A stretch of 64,000 nt of DNA from Actinomycetes bacterium (GTDB lineage Bacteria; Actinomycetota; Thermoleophilia; Solirubrobacterales; JACPNS01), in contig JAEYBE010000026.1 in NCBI GenBank assembly GCA_023404495.1, positions 5,457 through 69,456 on the forward strand. Reading direction: 5' to 3'. Position numbers and translations under genes: made by a program. Each line of letters opens with the position of its first letter. The first letter of the stretch is position 1. The notes beneath the pieces are model-generated. The model was given only the letters and a program-made list of their open reading frames with translations, did not search any database and was not told where the DNA came from. Shown piece by piece: positions 44,386-53,482 of the stretch.

Positions 44386-45891
44386 CTAGCGCTTGCGCAT
44401 CAACAGCAACTGACCGTCCTCGACAGTGCCGGCTGCCGGAGCGGCAGTCGGCGAGTGTGCCTGCACGTCGAAGAGCCAGCTTTCGGGTCCGAACTCATTG
44501 CTTGTCTCGATGATTCCGCTCGTCTCCCAGATGCCTGGTCCGACGGCGACCCCGTCCCGGCCCGGCGGCGAGAGCTGCGCGACGCGCGTGGCCGCGTAGT
44601 TGTTCTTCAGGTCGTAACGCCAGATGCTGCCGTCTCGACCCTTCGAAGCCATCACCGGACGTGACTCACCGGTGCCATCCTCATTGATCATCAGGTAGCG
44701 GCCATTGACGTCGATGTTGTCAGGCGAGATCGCTGTGTCTCCGCCGCCGGCGATCACCTGGTCTGCGTTGTACACCACGGTGAGCTTCGCCGCGGATGTC
44801 GGGTTCGCCGTGTTCAGGTTGATCCGGTACAGCCGCCCGAGCTTGTTGTACGGATTCACTGACGGGAAGTTCGCGCCAGTCGTGACGAAGTGGAACTGAC
44901 CTGGTGACTGAACGTTGCCGGCACCGTCCTCGATGCGGACGAATCCCATCGCACCTGCCGCGTCGGCTGCCGCTTCGAGCTGCGTCTCCGTGAGCGTGTC
45001 GGCGTTCGGGATCTGGGTCCAGCTTCCAGTCGTGGAACCGCCCGGCAGGTCGCCTTCGTGCGCGACACCCGCACCGCCGACAAACACATAGAGCTTTCCG
45101 TTGTCCAGGCCGTTGCGCCGGAGCACCGATCGCGAGTGGGGCACCTTCGTGCCGACGTACATGTACAGCTGCGAGTCTGGACTGGCGGGCCCATCCTCGA
45201 GCACCATGATTACCGTCTTCAGTCCGGTGTGCGGGAGTACGACCTGGTTCTCCTTGGCAAAGTGACCGAACTTTGGCAGCGTGTGCAGCCGATCGTCGAA
45301 GATCGCGACCGATAGCCCGCCATTGCCGTCAAACGTCTGCGCGCCGCCGGACTCCTCGCCCGTCAGGTAGACCGGTTCACTGAATCCCACCGTCGCATCG
45401 GCGAGAAATCCCGAGCAGAAGCGCGAGAAGGCCGACGTCGCATTGGCCGTGGTCGCGATCGGGCCGACGTAGCTGTTCTCGGAATAGATCGAGCTGTAGG
45501 CGAGGTCTCCCGACTTCACCGAGCCATCGCGGCGGAGCCGCCAGGTGCTGACGAACGCGCCGCGCGTCTGCGGCTGCCCAATCACCGGCTCAGACGTGAC
45601 GGTCTGCCCGAGTTCCTGGTTCATGAAGACGGTCCGGCGACCGCGCTGACGGGTGATTCCAAGCCCGTCGGGGATGCCGACCATTTGCACGCTTTGCGAT
45701 TTGTTCGATGTGCGGGGAACCCGGTCGCCGACCGAAAGCAGCGGCTTGACCGAGTAGCTACCGCCGACCGGAGTGGCGTAGGGCTTGACTGACGTGAAGA
45801 ATCCAAAAGCGGCATGGGCCGTCGCAACAGCGCCCGCTACAACGAGCGCGCTGAGGACCGATGCCGCGAGCATCTTCTGTGCTCGGGACAT
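44386..45891 (-). CDS. Secreted protein, tentatively a DUF839/PhoX-like beta-propeller phosphatase
   Basis: 501-aa ORF with Sec signal MSRAQKMLAASVLSALVVAGAVATAHA. It is clearly coding, but the family call is from overall resemblance only (PDGLG, FGHFAKEN, ISPDNIDV). Confidence 0.55.
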   Translation of the reverse strand: MSRAQKMLAASVLSALVVAGAVATAHAAFGFFTSVKPYATPVGGSYSVKPLLSVGDRVPRTSNKSQSVQMVGIPDGLGITRQRGRRTVFMNQELGQTVTSEPVIGQPQTRGAFVSTWRLRRDGSVKSGDLAYSSIYSENSYVGPIATTANATSAFSRFCSGFLADATVGFSEPVYLTGEESGGAQTFDGNGGLSVAIFDDRLHTLPKFGHFAKENQVVLPHTGLKTVIMVLEDGPASPDSQLYMYVGTKVPHSRSVLRRNGLDNGKLYVFVGGAGVAHEGDLPGGSTTGSWTQIPNADTLTETQLEAAADAAGAMGFVRIEDGAGNVQSPGQFHFVTTGANFPSVNPYNKLGRLYRINLNTANPTSAAKLTVVYNADQVIAGGGDTAISPDNIDVNGRYLMINEDGTGESRPVMASKGRDGSIWRYDLKNNYAATRVAQLSPPGRDGVAVGPGIWETSGIIETSNEFGPESWLFDVQAHSPTAAPAAGTVEDGQLLLMRKR

Positions 45892-46063
45892 TGCGTTCTC
45901 CTGTGTATTCGATGATGGCCCGCGGGAGGGACGAGCGCCGCGGGTCGGGCCGATTTATGACCTTTCGATACTGCGAGCCGAAAACTAGTGCCGCGTGCCG
46001 GTGATGCCGTTAAGAACTGGTCGCCGAACGGTTACAAGGTTGAGACACCTGCCGTCGGCGAGA

Positions 46064-46291
46064 TCAGTCGGCCGACTGTTCGAGCAGTTCGCGCGCCGCT
46101 TCGAGGTCTCTGGCGCGAACAAGGATCTCCTGCGGACCCCACGTACCAAGCCCGTCGCCGATCCCGGCCGCGCGATTGGTCATCCGCGAAATGCAGTCGA
46201 TGCCCGAGTCTCGCAGCACCGAGAGCAGCAGCTCGGCCTCACTCTGCGAAGGGGCGACATGCGCAACCACGAGTTCGTCTGAATCACTCAT
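46064..46291 (-). CDS. Small DUF2007-like protein
   Basis: ORF track 46064..46483 trimmed to ATG 46291 (MSDSDELVVAHVAPSQSEAELLLSVLRDSGIDCISR...ILVRARDLEAARELLEQ). The longer form would overlap the esterase gene. Confidence 0.5.
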   Translation of the reverse strand: MSDSDELVVAHVAPSQSEAELLLSVLRDSGIDCISRMTNRAAGIGDGLGTWGPQEILVRARDLEAARELLEQSAD

Positions 46292-46425
46292 TCCTGCTCG
46301 CACCCTAGTGACCCGCAAAGCGGCGCGCTGCGCGGCGGTCGCCCGACTCGCATGTCCGCCATTCTGACGAACAGGGAGCCGGTCGCGATCCCGCGCTTCA
46401 AGCAACTTGGATACGGAGGGTCTGC

Positions 46426-47367
46426 TCAACCCCCAATCGCCGACATCAACTGCGGCCATGCCACGCGCATTTCGCGCTTCCACTCGGACCAGCTGTGGCT
46501 GGCGTTGTAATAGTGCGTCGTCACCGGGATGCCGAGTGAGCCCAGCTTGGTCGCAAGGCCCTTGGTTTCCTTGTCAACCTGGGCCTCGACCGGGTCACTC
46601 GTTCCGCCAGAGGACAAGAACAGCGACTTGCCGGCGAGGCTCGCCGCCTGATTCCACGGGTCGTTGCGCTGCCAGATCAGCCGCTGGGCGGGGACTGCCG
46701 GGTCGCCCCAGACGCGCTTCCAATCGGCGCCGCAGGCCAAGCCGGGCGTCGTGACACCGGTGCCACCGGCGTACTGGTGCAGCGGATCGACGTCGCCGCT
46801 GAAGGCCGCGGCCGCCTTGAAGAGCTCGGGACGATTGGCGGCGAACTTCATTGCGCCCAGGCCACCCATCGAGTTGCCGGCGACAGCGCGGTTGGTGCCC
46901 GCCCGATAGCCGCGCTCGAGAATCTGGCGCACCTCTGTGAGCACGAACGTCTCCCACTTGGGCTTCCCGCCGGAGCCGTAGTTCCACCAGTCGCTGTAGG
47001 CGCTGCACCAACTCGTATCCGGCATCGCAACGATCGCGCCGCTGGTGGCCGCAAGGGACTTGATGTCGGTCTTGCTTGTCCAGGAGGTGTAGTCGTCAAA
47101 TCCGCCATGCAGGACGAAGAGCACGGGCCATGTCCGCGTCGCCGTGGGCGACCAGCCGCTCGGCAGCAGCAGGCGCACATTGCGCGTGCTCTGCTCCGTC
47201 GATGGTGACTTGATCGTGACGTCGAGGGTCTGCGAGTCGATTCTGCGCTCTGCGGAGACCGTCGCCCCCGTATCTGCCGTAACCGCTGCGCTTCCAGTCG
47301 AGGCCACGATGGCCAGAGACGCGAGCGCGATCGTCGTCGCGCTCGTGATGATCTGTCGAGTACTCAT
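46426..47367 (-). CDS. Secreted alpha/beta-hydrolase esterase (esterase D / antigen-85-fold family)
   Basis: ORF track trimmed to ATG 47367 (MSTRQIITSATTIALASLAIVAS...). WPVLFVLHG and nucleophile elbow AVAGNSMGG. Confidence 0.75.
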   Translation of the reverse strand: MSTRQIITSATTIALASLAIVASTGSAAVTADTGATVSAERRIDSQTLDVTIKSPSTEQSTRNVRLLLPSGWSPTATRTWPVLFVLHGGFDDYTSWTSKTDIKSLAATSGAIVAMPDTSWCSAYSDWWNYGSGGKPKWETFVLTEVRQILERGYRAGTNRAVAGNSMGGLGAMKFAANRPELFKAAAAFSGDVDPLHQYAGGTGVTTPGLACGADWKRVWGDPAVPAQRLIWQRNDPWNQAASLAGKSLFLSSGGTSDPVEAQVDKETKGLATKLGSLGIPVTTHYYNASHSWSEWKREMRVAWPQLMSAIGG

Positions 47368-47438
47368 ATTCACTCCCCAGTGAGGTTGCATTGCATTGCG
47401 CCGGCCGATGCCGGCCTGAGCTACTGCTTGCCGCTCCG

Positions 47439-49652
47439 TCAGCCGGCCGGCGTGACGTCCGCCCTAAGGCGAATGTCACGCGACGAGCTGCCGACGGCGA
47501 TCCGGTAGATGCCGGAAGCCTTGTTCCAGTCATTGCGGCGCACGTCCCAGTAGCGGAACGAACGCGCGTCGAGCCTGAGCGTCACTTCCGAGGCCTCGCC
47601 CGGGGAGAGCGTCAGTTTCGTGAACTGGCGCAGAACCCGCGGCGGCTGCGTCACCGACGAGGACGGGTCCGGCAGCTCGGCGTAGACCTGCGGCACTTCC
47701 GCTGCGCGGCGCGTACCGACGTTTCGGACGCGGAAGCTGACACTCGCTCCGCCGTCGGAAGTCGCCGAGACGGAGAGGTTCGAATAGTTGAAGTCGCCGC
47801 CATATGAAAGCCCGTACCCAAACGGGAAGAGCGGCGCGATCGATCGCTCGTCGTACCAGCGGTAGCCCACGAAAACGCCTTCGCGGTACTCGATCTTGTC
47901 CTTCACGCCCGGCCACTGATTCGGCGAACCGGCGGTCGGCAGGTCGGCCTCGCTTGCCGGGAAGGTCACCGGCAGGCGGCCCGACGGGTTCACGTCGCCA
48001 AACAGCAAGCGGGCGATCGCTTTGCCGGCGCTTTCACCTGGGTACCAGGCCTCGAGCACTGCTGGGACGCTGCCGAGCCACGGCATCGTCACCGGTCCGC
48101 CGGTCTCAAGGACCACGATCGTGCGCGGATTTGCCGCAGCAACCGCGGCGATCAGGGCGTCGGCACCGTCGTCGAGCGTGAGATTCGCTCGGTCGCCACC
48201 CTCCGCCTGCGTGTCGCGCGCAAAGACGACCGCGACCTGGCTGCGCGCGGCGAGTGCCGCCGCCTGCTGCGGGATGGTCCCGCTGTCGTATTCGACGCTC
48301 GCACTTGGGATGCGCGCGGCGATCCCGGCGAGCGGCGCAGTGGTGCGCGCCGGCCAGACCAGCGAGGAACCACCACCAGATGGGTAGCCGGTTCCCTTGC
48401 GCTGCGGCAGGGGCTCCGGGTTCGGGAACACCGATGTGGTCGGACGACCGTCCGAGCTGCCATCGGCATTTGCCCCGATCACGGCGACGGAGCTGGTCGA
48501 TGCGGGATCGAGCGGCAAGATGTCGCCGCTGTTCTTCAGCAGCACGGCCGAACGCTCGGCGATCTCCTGCGCGTCGCGCTCGCCGGCCGCGACATCGATT
48601 CCGCGGACGCGCGGCGGGTCATCGACGATCCCGAACTCGAACATGCCGAGCAGGATTCGATAAGCCATGTCGTCCAGGCGCGATTGCCGGACCAGGCCGA
48701 ACGTCACCGCAAGTGCCAGCGGCGCGCCGAAGAAGAAGCCCGCCGGCTGCTCCTGGTCGAGACCATTGTTGGCCGAATCGATCGTGCTGCTGGTGCCGAG
48801 GATCCAGTCGCTCATCACCCATCCGTCAAAGCCCCAAGAGTTCTTCAGGATGTTCTTGAGCAGGTGGGCGTTCTCGCAGGCGTGAACCGCGTTGACCTTG
48901 TTGTAAGCACACATGACCGCGCCGATCCGCGTGCTCTTGACCGCGGTCTCAAACGCCGGCAGATAGATCTCGCGCAGCGTGCGCTCGTCGAGATTGGAGC
49001 TGCTGGTGAAGCGCGTGGCGTCGTTGTTGTTGGCGGCAAAGTGCTTGAGGCCATTGACCACCTTGGCCGCGCCCACAGCAACCTGCTCGCTCGTGACCAT
49101 GCGCCCGCTGAGGTACGGGTCTTCGCCGAGCGTTTCGAACGCACGGCCGTAGCGCGGATCGCGCACGATGTTGGCCATCCCTGAGAGCGAGACGTTGAAG
49201 CCCATCGCTCGCGTCTCGCGGCCGATCACCTCACCGGCCTGCGCGCTGACCGCCGGATCCCAACTTGCGGCGCGCGCGACCGGGGCGGGCAGCTCGGTTG
49301 CTTCTGCGGGGGGTAGCCACGGCGCGAGAACTCGCATTGCCTGTCGGCTGCAGACGTTCGTCACGCCGGCGTCACCACCGACGATCGACATTGCCGGCAG
49401 TCCGAGGCGATCATTGGCACGCACCCATCCGTCGCCGGCACTTCCTCCGCAGGGGAAGTCGCCGTGGACGATCGCCAGCTTCTCGGCCTGAGTCATCGCT
49501 GCCAGGGCAAGCCTCGCGCGATCCTGCGGCGAGCGCGACGGATCAAGCCACGCGCGCGCGGCGTCGGCGGTGGGCACGAGCAAAAGCAAACTGATTGCCG
49601 CAGCCGCGACAGCGACAACAGCTCGGACGGATGAAACCCGGCCAGCAGACAT
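47439..49652 (-). CDS. Secreted glycoside hydrolase family 3 (beta-glucosidase-like)
   Basis: ORF track trimmed to ATG 49652 (MSAGRVSSVRAVVAVAAAAISLLLLVPTADA). GH3 motifs KHFAANN and GFDGWVMSDW (nucleophile Asp). C-terminal fibronectin-III-like domain. Confidence 0.85.
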   Translation of the reverse strand: MSAGRVSSVRAVVAVAAAAISLLLLVPTADAARAWLDPSRSPQDRARLALAAMTQAEKLAIVHGDFPCGGSAGDGWVRANDRLGLPAMSIVGGDAGVTNVCSRQAMRVLAPWLPPAEATELPAPVARAASWDPAVSAQAGEVIGRETRAMGFNVSLSGMANIVRDPRYGRAFETLGEDPYLSGRMVTSEQVAVGAAKVVNGLKHFAANNNDATRFTSSSNLDERTLREIYLPAFETAVKSTRIGAVMCAYNKVNAVHACENAHLLKNILKNSWGFDGWVMSDWILGTSSTIDSANNGLDQEQPAGFFFGAPLALAVTFGLVRQSRLDDMAYRILLGMFEFGIVDDPPRVRGIDVAAGERDAQEIAERSAVLLKNSGDILPLDPASTSSVAVIGANADGSSDGRPTTSVFPNPEPLPQRKGTGYPSGGGSSLVWPARTTAPLAGIAARIPSASVEYDSGTIPQQAAALAARSQVAVVFARDTQAEGGDRANLTLDDGADALIAAVAAANPRTIVVLETGGPVTMPWLGSVPAVLEAWYPGESAGKAIARLLFGDVNPSGRLPVTFPASEADLPTAGSPNQWPGVKDKIEYREGVFVGYRWYDERSIAPLFPFGYGLSYGGDFNYSNLSVSATSDGGASVSFRVRNVGTRRAAEVPQVYAELPDPSSSVTQPPRVLRQFTKLTLSPGEASEVTLRLDARSFRYWDVRRNDWNKASGIYRIAVGSSSRDIRLRADVTPAG

Positions 49653-49773
49653 ATGACGATCTCCCCAGATCAGACTTTTGGTTCCGAATAGCGCGACAGT
49701 GTATTGCGTACAGCCGTGTTCGTCAAGTGCACACGGCGGCAAAAGCGACCGCGCCGCCGATTACGGTCTGCGC

Positions 49774-50037
49774 ATGAGCGAAGTAGACGACCAGGTCATT
49801 GCCAAGCTGAAGGCGCTCCATCACGAGAGCTTCGAGCACACCGAAGGCTTCACGTGCTTCAGGCAGTTCACCCTGGAGACGAGCGGACTCGATCCGGAAC
49901 TGCTCGAGAACTGGATCGCCGACCATGGCGGTCACTTGAAGCACATCCGCATACCTGCCGATGAGAACATCGGCCGCAGCATTCCGCAGCCAGACAGCGA
50001 ACCTGTCTACTTCGTGCCGAGCGAGCTGCTCACCTGA
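49774..50037 (+). CDS. Hypothetical small protein
   Basis: ORF track 49678..50037 trimmed to ATG 49774 (MSEVDDQVIAKLKALHHESFEHTEGF...). Codon bias is coding-like. No motif recognised. Confidence 0.4.
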   Translation: MSEVDDQVIAKLKALHHESFEHTEGFTCFRQFTLETSGLDPELLENWIADHGGHLKHIRIPADENIGRSIPQPDSEPVYFVPSELLT

Positions 50038-50063
50038 CAAACCGACCAGGAGATCCGACCCAA

Positions 50064-51761
50064 ATGCGAACAAGGACGTTCCGACTGCTTGCGGCTACCG
50101 CAATCGCCTGCGCGACCTGCGCCCTGACAACTTCCGCCGCCACGGCGCGCACCCTCTTCGTCGGCAACCAAACACCCGGCAGCATCAGCGCCTTCAGCTT
50201 CTCCACTGCCGGGCAACTCTCGGCAGTCCCGGGCTCGCCGTTCGCATCTACCCAACAGCCGAGAGGCCTCTTCTCCTCGATTGACGGGCAGCGCCTCTAC
50301 TCAGGGCACCGAGACGCCAACGTGATCAGTCAGCACGTGGTCGGACCGACCGGCGCCCTCTCGGCGCTGACCACTGACCTCGCGTTCACGCCGGGCGCCC
50401 CCGGATCTAGCGCAGTCTCACCAGACGGTCGGTTCGTGTACATCGCAAGCTTGGTCAACAACGCGGGATTCCAGAAGTTCGCAATCGCCGAGAACGGCGC
50501 GCTCACCGCTGCGGAGGTCAGCGCAGTTGCCGGCAACACGAACGGCGTCGCGATCACCCCAGATGGAAGATTCATCTACGCCTGCACGAGTACCCAAGGG
50601 CTGTTCATGTTTTCGCGCTCCGCCGATGGCTCTGCGAGTGCCTTGGCCGGCTCGCCACTTCTCAACAACAGCTGCAGCGCTCTCGCGGTGACGCCCGACG
50701 GGAAATTCCTCGTCACGGCCTCCACGAATCCGGGCGTTCGCACCTACACGATCAACTCCGACGGAACGCTCACCTTGATCGACGATGGCGGGATCACCGG
50801 TCCGCTGGCGAGCGCGATCGAACTTGGCCCAGATGGTCGCTCCGCCTACGTCCTGAACATCGGATCCGCGATGGTCGGCGGCAACGTCGCGCGGTTCTCG
50901 ATCACAGGCGATGGGATCGTGGAACCGCAGGGCACCCCGGTCACCGTGTCAGACCCGAATGCCTACGCGGTTGGCATGGCGATATCGCCGGACGGCCGGT
51001 TCGTGGTCGTAGGAGTCCCCAGCGCGTCTTCGAACGTGCGCGTCTTTTCCACTGCAGCGGGTGCACTCTCCGAGGTGGCAGGCTCGCCGGTTTCCTCGGG
51101 GGCGAACATGGCCGGACTCTCGCCAACGCTTGAGATCGCATTCCAAACCAACAACGGCCCCAGCGTCAGCAAGCTCACCGTCGGCGGGAAGGACCGCAAG
51201 CGCAAGCTCACGGCCAGCGGCGGAAGCGACCCCGATGGCGCCGTGGCGGAATATCGCTGGGACTTCGGCGATGGCAAGACTGCGACCAGCAGCGCGTCCA
51301 CGATCTCACACACCTACTCCAAGGCCGGCAACTACAACGCAACCGTCACCCTCGTCGACGATGAGGGATGCGGCGCAACCGACATCTACGACGGTCGCAA
51401 GTACCTCTGCAACTCGAGCGGAAGCGCCAGCGCGTCGGCCACAGTCGATGCCAGGCCGCCCTCGTTCTCAAAGCTCAAGCTGGCAAAACGCAGCGTGGCC
51501 CGCGGCGGCAAGATCAAGCTGAGCTACAAGCTCTCCGAAGCGGCGACCGTCAAGGTCGTGTTTCAGACGCGAAGCGGGAAGAAGTTCCGCACCCGCGGGA
51601 CGATTAGCTTCAAGAGCAAGTCAGGAAAGCGCAGCAAAACGCTGACACTGAAGATCAGGCGTCGTGCCCTGGCAAAGGGAAGCTACCGGCTGCTGGTCAC
51701 TGGCACGGACAGTCGCGCCAACACCTCCTCCGCCAAGAAGCTGAGTCTGAAGATCCGTTGA
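50064..51761 (+). CDS. Secreted lactonase-like seven-bladed beta-propeller protein with a PKD domain and a basic Ig-like C-terminal tail
   Basis: 565-aa ORF with a signal peptide. Repeated SPDGRFVY/TPDGRFIY/TPDGKFLV/GPDGRSAY/SPDGRFVV blades. PKD signature YRWDFGDGKTATS...HTYSKAGNYNATVTLVDDEG. Confidence 0.7.
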   Translation: MRTRTFRLLAATAIACATCALTTSAATARTLFVGNQTPGSISAFSFSTAGQLSAVPGSPFASTQQPRGLFSSIDGQRLYSGHRDANVISQHVVGPTGALSALTTDLAFTPGAPGSSAVSPDGRFVYIASLVNNAGFQKFAIAENGALTAAEVSAVAGNTNGVAITPDGRFIYACTSTQGLFMFSRSADGSASALAGSPLLNNSCSALAVTPDGKFLVTASTNPGVRTYTINSDGTLTLIDDGGITGPLASAIELGPDGRSAYVLNIGSAMVGGNVARFSITGDGIVEPQGTPVTVSDPNAYAVGMAISPDGRFVVVGVPSASSNVRVFSTAAGALSEVAGSPVSSGANMAGLSPTLEIAFQTNNGPSVSKLTVGGKDRKRKLTASGGSDPDGAVAEYRWDFGDGKTATSSASTISHTYSKAGNYNATVTLVDDEGCGATDIYDGRKYLCNSSGSASASATVDARPPSFSKLKLAKRSVARGGKIKLSYKLSEAATVKVVFQTRSGKKFRTRGTISFKSKSGKRSKTLTLKIRRRALAKGSYRLLVTGTDSRANTSSAKKLSLKIR

Positions 51762-51786
51762 TCGCGCCGGGCTGCGCGCGGCCTGC

Positions 51787-52206
51787 TTGACTGACGCCGT
51801 GGGACACGTTCCAGCCCAGCGCCACCTGCTCCGCGCCCGCGACTTCGCCGACGCCAATTTCGCTGACCCGATCGGCGTCGAGGAGATGGCTGGTGCGGCA
51901 GGACTCTCCCGCGCCCACTTCTCACGAGAGTTCAAGAAGACCTTTGGCGAGTCGCCCAACGAGTACCTGCTCACGCGCCGGCTCGAACGCGCAGCGACGA
52001 TGCTTCGCGACACCGATTGGCCCGTCAATGAGATCTGCCTCAGCGTCGGACTGCGCAGCGTCGGCACATTTACGAGCGCCTTCACCCGGACCTATGGAAT
52101 CTCGCCCACCGGCTACCGGGCGAAGCTGCCGCCCGCGGCGCGCAACGCCCGGGTCCCGGCTTGCTTGCTGCGCTCGAATCTGCGGCCCAAAGCCGTTCCC
52201 AAGTAG
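51787..52206 (+). CDS. AraC-family transcriptional regulator (HTH domain only)
   Basis: 139-aa ORF with VEEMAGAAGLSRAHFSREFKKTFGESPNEYLLTRRLERAATMLRDTDWPVNEICLSVGLRSVGTFTSAFTRTYGISP. Confidence 0.8.
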   Translation: MTDAVGHVPAQRHLLRARDFADANFADPIGVEEMAGAAGLSRAHFSREFKKTFGESPNEYLLTRRLERAATMLRDTDWPVNEICLSVGLRSVGTFTSAFTRTYGISPTGYRAKLPPAARNARVPACLLRSNLRPKAVPK

Positions 52207-52296
52207 CGCACAAGAGAAGAAGGCCGCCGCGCGGTGCCGCCGTAGTTTGGCCGCATGTGGTACTTCACAGACCGCGACAACGAAAAGGAGACTTGC

Positions 52297-52713
52297 ATGA
52301 AAATCGACAGCGCACAGCTCTGGGTGCACGATCAGGACGCTGCTCTGGCCTTCTACACCGAGAAGGTCGGACTCGAGGTCAAGCAGGACGTCACGCTCGC
52401 TGAACTCGGCGGATTCCGCTGGCTCAAGGTAGGTCCGCCGGGCCAGGACATGGGATTCGTTTTGATGGCGATTCCCGGCGAGCCGGTCATGGACGAGTCG
52501 ACCAAGGGCGAAGTTGAGCAACTGATGGCCAAGGGCTTTGCCGGCACGATCTTCCTCTCGACCGACGACGTCGACCGCGACTACGCCGAGCTCAAAGCAC
52601 GCGGGGTCGAGTTCAGCCAGGAGCCGACCGACACGCCCTACGGTCGCGACACCGGCTTTCGTGACCCTTCCGGAAACAGCCTTCGGCTGACCCAGGTGAA
52701 CCCGGACATGTAA
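52297..52713 (+). CDS. VOC-family (glyoxalase/bleomycin-resistance fold) protein
   Basis: ORF track trimmed to ATG 52297, with AAGGAG 7 nt upstream (MKIDSAQLWVHDQDAALAFYTEKVGLEV...FRDPSGNSLRLTQ). Confidence 0.8.
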   Translation: MKIDSAQLWVHDQDAALAFYTEKVGLEVKQDVTLAELGGFRWLKVGPPGQDMGFVLMAIPGEPVMDESTKGEVEQLMAKGFAGTIFLSTDDVDRDYAELKARGVEFSQEPTDTPYGRDTGFRDPSGNSLRLTQVNPDM

Positions 52714-52737
52714 GTCGCTTCGCCGCGGGTGCCCTGC

Positions 52738-53388
52738 TCAGGCAGGGTGCCCGGTGGCGATCAGCGTGACGATCTCCACCAGTTCGTCGCGCAGTGCGTC
52801 CGGTTCCAGCGTGGCCCCGTGGCGCAAATCGGCTGAGATCGCCTCGCTGATCGCGCCGACTATCGCGCTCGCGCGAGTTTGCGAGAGCGGAGGAATTGAG
52901 GCGTCGCGAGCACGGGTTTCTTCACGTAGCGACACGTAGAAGGCTGCGAGCAGATCGTTACCCGCCCCGATGCGGTCCAATGCTTCGCGGCCGGCCGCAG
53001 GGCCCTCGACGAAGATGATCTGCGCACGGCTGCGATCCTCGCGGACCAATTCGACGAGGGCGGTCATCCCCTGCCAAATGCGTTCTTCGACTGTTCCCGC
53101 AGGGTCGAGCCGTTTGGCGATACCGCCGGTAAGTTCGGCGAAGTGCAGGTCGATCAGCGCGAGAAAACAGCCGGCCTTGGATTCGAACAGCTCGTAGAAA
53201 CGAGGTTTGGCCACTCCGGCGCGCGCGACGATGTCGGTCACTCGCATATCGGAGAATCCCGACTCGACGACGAGACTCTTCGTCGCCTCGAGCAGCCGGC
53301 AGCGCTGGTCGGCCGCCACCAGTTCCGGGTCGAGCGCATTGCGGCCGCGGGGCAGGGTGCGGCGCGAGGACTCGGTCAGTTCGGCCAT
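52738..53388 (-). CDS. TetR-family transcriptional regulator
   Basis: 216-aa ORF with N-terminal HTH GFSDMRVTDIVARAGVAKPRFYELFESK. Confidence 0.8.
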   Translation of the reverse strand: MAELTESSRRTLPRGRNALDPELVAADQRCRLLEATKSLVVESGFSDMRVTDIVARAGVAKPRFYELFESKAGCFLALIDLHFAELTGGIAKRLDPAGTVEERIWQGMTALVELVREDRSRAQIIFVEGPAAGREALDRIGAGNDLLAAFYVSLREETRARDASIPPLSQTRASAIVGAISEAISADLRHGATLEPDALRDELVEIVTLIATGHPA

Positions 53389-53482
53389 TCGGCGAGCCTA
53401 TTTGGCGCCCCAGCGACGGACCCACGGCGGGGTCCGGCCATCGCCGAACACGATGGCCGGACCGCACCAGCAGGCAAGCGTC

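Noticed and set aside
46292-46483. Longer 139-aa version of the DUF2007-like ORF.
   Set aside because: The N-terminal 64 codons overlap the 3' end of the esterase gene and are Arg/Ala-rich. The domain-like sequence starts at MSDSDELVV (ATG 46291).
47395-47420. GCCGGC-rich palindrome between the GH3 and esterase genes, considered as a terminator.
   Set aside because: The stem is only about 6 bp of self-complementary GCCGGC with no T-tract. That is too weak and too common in GC-rich DNA to call.
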